A DNA stretch of 20,000 nt from Patellaria atrata CBS 101060 (lineage: Eukaryota), in contig MU006093.1 of the NCBI GenBank assembly GCA_010093705.1, positions 301,339-321,338 of the forward strand, in the 5' to 3' direction. Numbering within the stretch: position 1 is the first letter of the stretch; each line of letters opens with the position of its first letter. Below, one piece after another: positions 12,669-20,000 of this stretch. A program made the position numbers and the translations under genes. The notes below the pieces were generated by a model. It saw only the letters and a list, made by a program, of their open reading frames with translations. It had not been told where the DNA came from and did no database searches.

Positions 12669-14110
12669 TCAGTACCCCGCTTGCAGCAGAACCGGATTAG
12701 CAGCACCCGTACTGTAAAGGCCGACACCATTCGAAGTGGCAACATCAGGATCAGGATAATACCACGCAGCGACAGCAATAATGAGATAAATGATAACCAG
12801 CAGCGCGCCCTCGAGATAATTACACTCCTGATCGCGCAGGAAATTCCCCACGACCAAAATCGACAAGACGAGCAAAGCGACCATGAAGATCTCGAAGTTG
12901 AGATCCATGGGCTTGCCAAGGCCCCATGCGACGATGACGACGAGGGGCGCGTTGAAGAGCGCGGTTTGGATCGACGGCCCGAGACAGTGGAAGAGGGCGA
13001 AGTTCATCTGGCCGTCCCAGGCTTCGTCGATGGCGGTGAGGTGCTCCGCTGCTTTTTCGACGAGGGGGAGGAGGATGAGGCCGAGGAATTGGTCCGGCGT
13101 GCCGGATTCGACTACGGCTTCGATCCGTTCGACGAGGAGGAAGGCGAGGACGGTTACGAGGACGAGGGCGAGGACGATGGCGATGAGGCATTCGGTGAAG
13201 GTTAGTTTAGGCTTGGTGAGATCGAAGTGGCGGTCTAGGTCGTTGTGCTCGTCTTCTTCGAGGACGGTGTCGAAGATGCTGTGTTGGGATTTTGCGTTGT
13301 ATAAGATGAATCTGGAAAGGGGTTATGGTGAAGTCTTCTTTTGGAGGGGGTGGCTTACATGAAAAATGCAATGATGAGCAAGATGGATGTGAAACGGCCA
13401 AGCTCGAGGACGTCTTTTTGCAACTTGGGTAAAGTAAAATGATGGTGCTTTCCTGGGATATCAATTGGGACGGCAGAGCCTTTCAATGCGGAATAGAAAG
13501 CGCTGGGGATCAAGAGTCCAAAACCAGCTACGAGCAGGAGACCAGTTCCAACCTCGCTCACAGCCGCGTGGAAAGTTTGAACTCGTTGACGGAGACCACC
13601 AACGAAGAAGCAGAGACCCAAACAAAGCAGCAAATTGGCGAGGATCGATCCAAGAATGGCAGCCTGGATGATCGGTATCAGATTTCCTTCTTCTGCAGAC
13701 TCTTCACCTTCTTTATGCTTGACTATAAGAATCACGAAAAGAACGATTTCGACAATAGATCCGAATGCAGTCTCAATCAATATTCCAGATACCTTAGGCA
13801 TCTTGCGTGCGAATTCTTGACCGGCGAATCCAAGAAGGTTCGCAGCGGGTACCATGCCGACATAGCTCATAGCAAAGACCCATAAGGGATGGTTTGGAAT
13901 GACAAAGTGAAGGATGATTGCAATTGGTACAAATGGCCATAGGAAATTGACGTATTTAGAGACTATGTTTGAACTCCTCCATGCAACTTGAAGGAAATGT
14001 TTTGCATCGAATCCGCTTCGACCGCTTTCACCATCGGGATGGATGTGTAGGTGAGGTAGGAGTGGATGAGAGTCAGAATCACCATTCTGACGATGATTGA
14101 GAGAAGTCAT
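12669..14110 (-). CDS. Vacuolar Ca2+/H+ exchanger (CAX family, Vcx1-like)
   Basis: Exons 14110-13359 and 13311-12669; 47-nt intron 13358-13312 (GTAAGC..CAG), frame-consistent. Alpha-repeat-like motifs ETAFGSIVE and AILGSILANLLL, an acidic cytosolic loop (LEEDEHNDLD), and GPSIQTALF..NYLEGALL. Confidence 0.9.
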
Positions 14111-15013
14111 GGTGATTTATATGTAGAACCGAGCAAACGGTTTATACGTACAAGATAATGAATTGAAAACACGGGAGCTCGAACAATGAAGCTGGGGAAC
14201 TCTATGGTAGCTTTAGAGGGGAGGAAAAGGAAAGAAATGCCTAGAGCGGGGTGGGAAGTCTAGCTTGGCTCCAGCCACTCAATTCTTCTAGTAGAGCGCT
14301 GGAAATCCTGCTTTCTATCATCATCTTTAACCAGCTTCTCGATATAACGACATGGAGAATCGATGTGTATCTATGAGAGAGATTCAATTGATGTTGAAAC
14401 GAAGACTAAGCAGCTGTTACAATCCATGCCCACGCGAAGATTCCTTTCGGCACATCTTTGTCCCAGATGAACCCGAATTGAATGAACCCCTCAATTTACC
14501 AAGGCCAGAAAGCAGTTCTCCACCTCTTCTTGAGTTCTATGATCTTCACGGTGCGTAGAGGTCCGATATATAGTATTTCATGCATTTTCTATCTTCATCT
14601 GGTATGGACAGCCTTCCTCGGCCATCATACAGTTCGTCTGATCAAAAGTACTAGTCCTTCGTCGTCTGTATGGTTTCATTCTACATATGCTTTGGGCTCT
14701 GTCGTACATTGCTAATTTTTCTGTACAGTAAAGTCGAAGACCCTTTTGACAGCGAATGTACAGTAGACGAGAAATGCAACGACCGGGGAGGGGATAAAGG
14801 AAAGTAGATGGAAAATGCTCATCTATTCCATGATCCTGGGAAATCTCCATCAATAATTGTCCATCGAGCTTTCCTCTTCCCACGTACCTAAGCGTTTTTG
14901 TTAGATAAAGTCTCATCTGAGGCTATAAACACTGATAATCATGGCTGGCTCCCGTTCTTGTGAGTTTGTCTTCCTTTTCTTCTTCTATAAACTCAGATTC
15001 AGTATCATTAAAG

Positions 15014-18000
15014 ATGCGGCTTTCTGGGCTTCTGTTTATTCTTAAACTTTTCCTTCTCAGTACACTTGCTACTGATGATGGCCTCACAAACCTTGTCTCT
15101 TGGGACAAGTATAGCCTCATGATCAATGGCGAGAGAATCTTCATCATGTCGGGCGAGTTCGCCTACCAGCGACTCCCCGTACCAGAACTTTGGCTTGATG
15201 TTTTCCAAAAGTTTAAAGCCAACGGACTGAATACGGTTAGTATCTATTTCTTTTGGTCTTATCATTCTCCATCGCGCGGAGTATACGACTTCACCACGCC
15301 TGCCAAGGACATCCAGATCATGCTAGATATGGCACAGCAAGCAGGTCTTTATGTTATTGCGAGGCCAGGACCATACTGCAACGCGGAGACCAACGCTGGT
15401 GGATTCGCGCTATGGACTAGTGATGGGAGTGGAGGAAGATATCGAACGTCAGATGAAACATACCATCAAGCATGGCTTCCTTGGATCCAGGAAGTTGGCG
15501 CTATTCTCGAACGGAATCAGATTACAAAAGGTGGTCCAGTCATACTTGTACAAATCGAGAATGAGCTCCAACAAGGAAGACATGACCCGAACGACACTCT
15601 TGTGCTCTATATGGAGCAATTGAAGAAAGCAATGCGAGACGCTGGGATTGTGGTACCACTTACCCATAACGAAAAAGGAATGAGGGCTGTCAGCTGGACT
15701 ACAGATTACCAAGATGTTGGCGGTTCTGTTAATATCTACGGTCTCGATAACTATCCGGGAGGTCTAAGTTGCGCAAACCCGGAGACTGGATTCAACCTTA
15801 ATCGAGGATACTACCAGTGGTTTCAAAACTACTCCTTCACACAACCGGAATATCTACCAGAATTCGAGGCGGGATGGTTTCAGCCTTGGGGAGCCGCGTT
15901 CTATGACGATTGTCTTTCCGAACACGATCCTGCGTTTGCAGATGTGTATTATAAATCCGTGATCGGACAACGTGTTACGCTTTTGAATCTTTACATGGCT
16001 TTTGGAGGGACGAATTGGGGACAGAGCGCGGCAACAGTCGTAGGTAAAAGTATTATCTAATGGGCCACCTTCGATACTGACAGGTATTTCAGGTCTATAC
16101 TTCATATGACTACTCCGCACCCTTGAGAGAGACTCGAGAAGTGCAAGACAAGTTCAAACACACAAAACTCGTTGGCCTCTTTACCCGAGTAAGTCAGGAT
16201 CTATGGAAAACAAATATGGAAAGCAACGGTACTGGAAATGCAGTTGATAATAGAATGATCTGGACGTGGGTCTTGCGCAATCCTGATACTGGATCTCGCT
16301 TTTACCTCGCTGAGAATAATATTTCCAGCTCTAGAGCTGTTACTGATTTTGCAATGACTGTCAACACGTCGGCTGGCCCTGTCTCGATAGCTACCATGCA
16401 GTTAAATGGCCGTCAGAGTAGGTTCGTTGTGACGGACTATCCCATCGGTAACATGACGTTGCTGTATTCCTCTGCTGAAGTACTAACCTATGGGGTTTTC
16501 AATCGTCCTGTAGTTGTGTTTTATTTAAAGAAAGGGCAAACCGGTGAATTTGCTTTCAAATCACCTTCGCAAAACACTGGATATTATATATTCGGATCTG
16601 AGTCGGATTTCAGGGCAATTAACGATACTTCCAATGGCACAAGATATACGTATACGACGACTGGGTCCGCTACTGTGATCGAATTTTCAAATGGATTACT
16701 TGCCTATCTCCTGGATACGAACACTGCGTACAAATTCTTTGCCCCGTCTACCACTGACAGCCCAGTTGTCAAACCGAATCAACAAATCTTCGTCTTTGGA
16801 CCATACCTAGTTCGAAAAGCAAGCATTACGGGTAGAAACGTGGAAATCTTGGGTGACAACGACGAAGAGACGACCATTGAAGTCTACATCGGCGATACTG
16901 CCATCGACACTATCCAGTGGAACGGCAAAAGTCTCAATACAACACGAACGCCCTATGGCTCCTTAACCGCCACCATCCCTGGAGGTAACGATAGAAACGT
17001 AGATCTCCCCACACTGAATAATTGGAAGGTCAAAGACAGTTTACCTGAGATGTCTCTCACGTACGACGATTCCGCCTGGACTGTAGCCAACAAAACCACA
17101 ACCCGCTCCCCCGTGGCCCCTCTCACGCTACCAGTACTTTTCAGCAGCGACTACGGCTTCTATACGGGGATCAAGCTTTACCGCGCTCGTTTCGATGGCC
17201 GTGCTGCTCGAGCGGTGAACTTGACTGTGCAAGGTGGAGCTGCAGCGGGATGGAATGCGTGGCTTAACAGCCAATTCATCGGTGGGAGCCCGGGCCAGGC
17301 ATCTGCATGGTCAACTTCGGGATTGTTGGAGTTTGGCGATGTAGCGCTCTTGGATCGCGACAACATATTAACCGTAGTTACCGACTACCATGGTCACGAC
17401 CAGACAAGTACAGGGCCTGCGGGTGGAGAAAATCCTAGGGGAATATTGGGAGCGACGCTATTTGGGGAACGCAGTACTAAGCTGAGCTTTAAGAGCTGGA
17501 AGATTCAAGGAAATGCAGGCGGGGATGAGTATATCGATCCGGTCCGTGGTCCCATGAATGAAGGCGGATTATACGGTGAGAGATTGGGATGGCATCTCCC
17601 CGGCTTCAACACGTCAGGATGGGAATCCGAGAGCCCGTTACAGGGACTCAGTGGGCCTGGGATCAGGTGGTACACCACAACCTTTGAGCTGAACATCGAT
17701 GAAGATCTCGACGTGCCTTTAGGTATCGAGTTAAGCGCGCTGAAAGGAACGGTAGCAAGAGTGCAGATTTTCGTCAACGGGTATCAATACGGTAAATACG
17801 TCCCGCATATCGGCCCGCAAACTACATTCCCGGTCCCGCCTGGCATCATCAATAACCGTGGTATGAATACGCTGTCATTGAGTCTGTGGGCTCAGGAGAA
17901 GAATGGCGCGAAGTTGGATAAGGTGGAGTTGATCGGTTATGATACGTACCAGACTGGGTTCTCTTTCAATATCGATGGGAGGAAGTTGCAGCCGGGTTGG

Positions 18001-18027
18001 ACCGAGGATAGGCTACAGTATGCGTAG
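15014..18027 (+). CDS. lacC: Secreted GH35 beta-galactosidase, most like the Aspergillus LacC group
   Basis: Exons 15014-16039 and 16093-18027; intron 16040-16092 (GTAGGT..CTGAC..CAG) gives SAATV-VYTSYDYSAPLRE. Signal peptide MRLSGLLFILKLFLLSTLA. Motifs: WDKYSL..SGEFAYQRLPVPELWLDVFQK, ARPGPYCNAET, catalytic QIENE and PEFEAGWF, and the C-terminal YQYGKYVPHIGPQT. The symbol rests on recalled similarity. Confidence 0.92.
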
Positions 18028-18837
18028 GGGCAGTGGGATAACTGGATCGAGTTGATACAGGACTGTATGCAAACAGTCGCATAATATTCCTGCATGGGAG
18101 TTCACACATGCAATGTGCCTCTCTAATTCACTTCGGATCTGGTGATCTACGAGATGTTCTTTGGATTGACAAAACCTGCTTGGTGATCCCTCAGTACTCA
18201 CCGTTGAGGACTTCATCACTGGTGGGATATTTTCACGCTCCTTGACCGGGTAATACTGGGGATAGAAGTTCTCTGCTGCAATCTAAAGATCACAGCTCCC
18301 CCTTGTTATTGATCTGAAGCTCCCTGGTCGTAGCTAACGTCATTGGGCGTACTGTACAGGTACGTACAGGACATGCATACAGCTAAGGTACCCTTGAGCT
18401 GTCCGTATCCAGTCTAGCTTCTTGTGTACGAGGTATCCGAGGAATGTTTTGATGACTGTGATGGATGTACTGTAAATAATGCGTCATTATAACAAGCTTT
18501 CACACCGTTAGTTTTAAGTGTTAGTTCTCTGCCATACCGCTACAACGACCCCCCCCCAGTTCCTGGCGATCGTCGTTGAAATGCGGGGCTCCGGGGGGAG
18601 CTTGACGGAAGTTCCAGCATCCCCGTCATCGAAGATCCATCATCTGCTCTGCATACCTTCCAGGAGCAGAAGCTGCGAACGACAAGCTGGACAAGGTCAG
18701 CTCGAGGGGTGTACAAAAGTCCATGTAATCCGTCATAGGTTCATTTTCGCTCTTATAGTCCCGAGAGTTCTCTCTCGCCCTACTCGGTCTTTACCTCAAT
18801 CACGTTCGCGTCGCTGAACTGGACGATTCTCACCACT

Positions 18838-20000
18838 ATGCACGCGTTACTGTTTTCTCTACTTTGCGTACTGGTACCCGCTGCCCAGTCCTCTCACCAT
18901 AACCGTCCTCGAGAAGTTCGAGGAGCTGATCAGAATGGGAAGTACATTCTCCAGGCTGAGGGCATTCGAGCTCAGTTCATCCCCTACGGCGCTAGCATAA
19001 CGAACCTATTCATCAACGACACCAATGGTGTAGAAAGAGATATTGTCTTGGGATTCGACAATGCTACTCACTACAGCATTGACCAATTGCATCCACATCT
19101 TGGTGGTGTACCTGGTAAGGAAATACATCCATCAAGAATGTTGAACGGTTAATGAATGAATTCTGACTCCTGCAGGACGTTACGCCAATCGAATTCGAAA
19201 TAGCACTTTTGAAATCGGCGGAGAGGAGTATCATATTGAGCCGAATGAAAATAACAATAATGACACACTTCATGGAGGTCCAAACGGCTGGGACTATGTA
19301 GGTTTTCTGTTTCCAGAAGCTTTTCGAAACCGTCCTTTAATTCCTAGCTAGCGAAACTTCACCGTAGTAGCCTACACACAAGACTCGATTACGTTCTCTA
19401 TCGTGGATCCGGATGGTGAACAGGGCTTTCCTGGCGAAGTCATCAGTTATATCACATATACGCTATCACCATATACGTGGCATATCAAGATGGTTGCTCT
19501 AGCAACGACAAAGAAGACTCCTATCATGCTCACTTCTCACACCTACTGGAACCTAGATGGTTTCCAGAACCCAGATTCAGACACTGCGCTGAACCACACC
19601 CTACACCTCCCCCTTTCCGGGCAACGCATTGGCGTCGATAACATTCTCATCCCAGATGGCACCATCCTCCCTAATCTTCCCGGTTCCGTCAACGACTTCT
19701 GGACTCAACCCCGACAAGTCGGTTTCAACTTGGACGACCCGGACATCGTTGGAAACTGCGGCTTCAACTGCTCCGGTCTCGATAACTGCTACATCGTGAA
19801 CAGAGACGCGGACGGGCCGTATGATTGGAGAACTAAGGGACCGGTTGCTAGTGTGTCTAGTAACTTTACAGGCATCACTGTAGATATCTTTTCGGACCAG
19901 GATGCGTTTCAGGTGTACAGTTGCGTCGGGCAAAACGGTACGTTCTCACTCCTGACTCATTCGCTAGTTTGTTCATCTTCTGTATTTTAACCCTTTTTTT
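18838..20000 (+). CDS. Aldose 1-epimerase (galactose mutarotase family) with N-terminal signal peptide; 3' end outside the window
   Basis: Exons 18838-19114, 19176-19297, 19352-19937; the next intron opens with GTACGT at 19938. Spliced motifs: FIPYGASITNL..DIVLGFD, GRYANRI, TLHGG, GEQGFPG, TSHTYWNL, GLDNCY. Hydrophobic leader MHALLFSLLCVLVPAAQS. Confidence 0.9.

Noticed and set aside
12399..13205. 268-aa D/E-rich plus-strand ORF
   Set aside because: Antisense shadow of the CAX exon: hydrophobic GTC/CTC/ATC/TTC codons read as GAC/GAG/GAT/GAA on the other strand.

Overview
A 20-kb eukaryotic locus from a filamentous ascomycete (Pezizomycotina-type short GT-AG introns with CTRAY branch points). 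In order it holds: the 3' part of a DHA2/Atr1-like MFS transporter (+), an intronless orphan basic protein (+), a secreted GH30_7 xylanase (-) with an unusually long 353-nt intron, a cytosolic YwrD/HpxW-type gamma-glutamyltransferase-family gene (-), a decayed HET-domain pseudogene (+), mitochondrial release factor MRF1 (+), a vacuolar Ca2+/H+ exchanger (-), a secreted GH35 beta-galactosidase (lacC-like, +) and a signal-peptide-bearing aldose 1-epimerase (+, truncated by the window end). Splice sites were worked out by hand and checked for frame. Three signals are not explained by the gene models. (1) A candidate structured Pol III-type ncRNA or tRNA-derived element at about 10570-10745 (-), with a perfect A box, two near-identical B-box-like words, GC-rich hairpins and an oligo-T end. 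(2) The long GH30 intron, which carries clustered TGTACA words and an internal perfect GTAAGT donor. (3) The tandem secreted beta-galactosidase + secreted mutarotase pair. All family assignments come from recalled motifs, not database searches.
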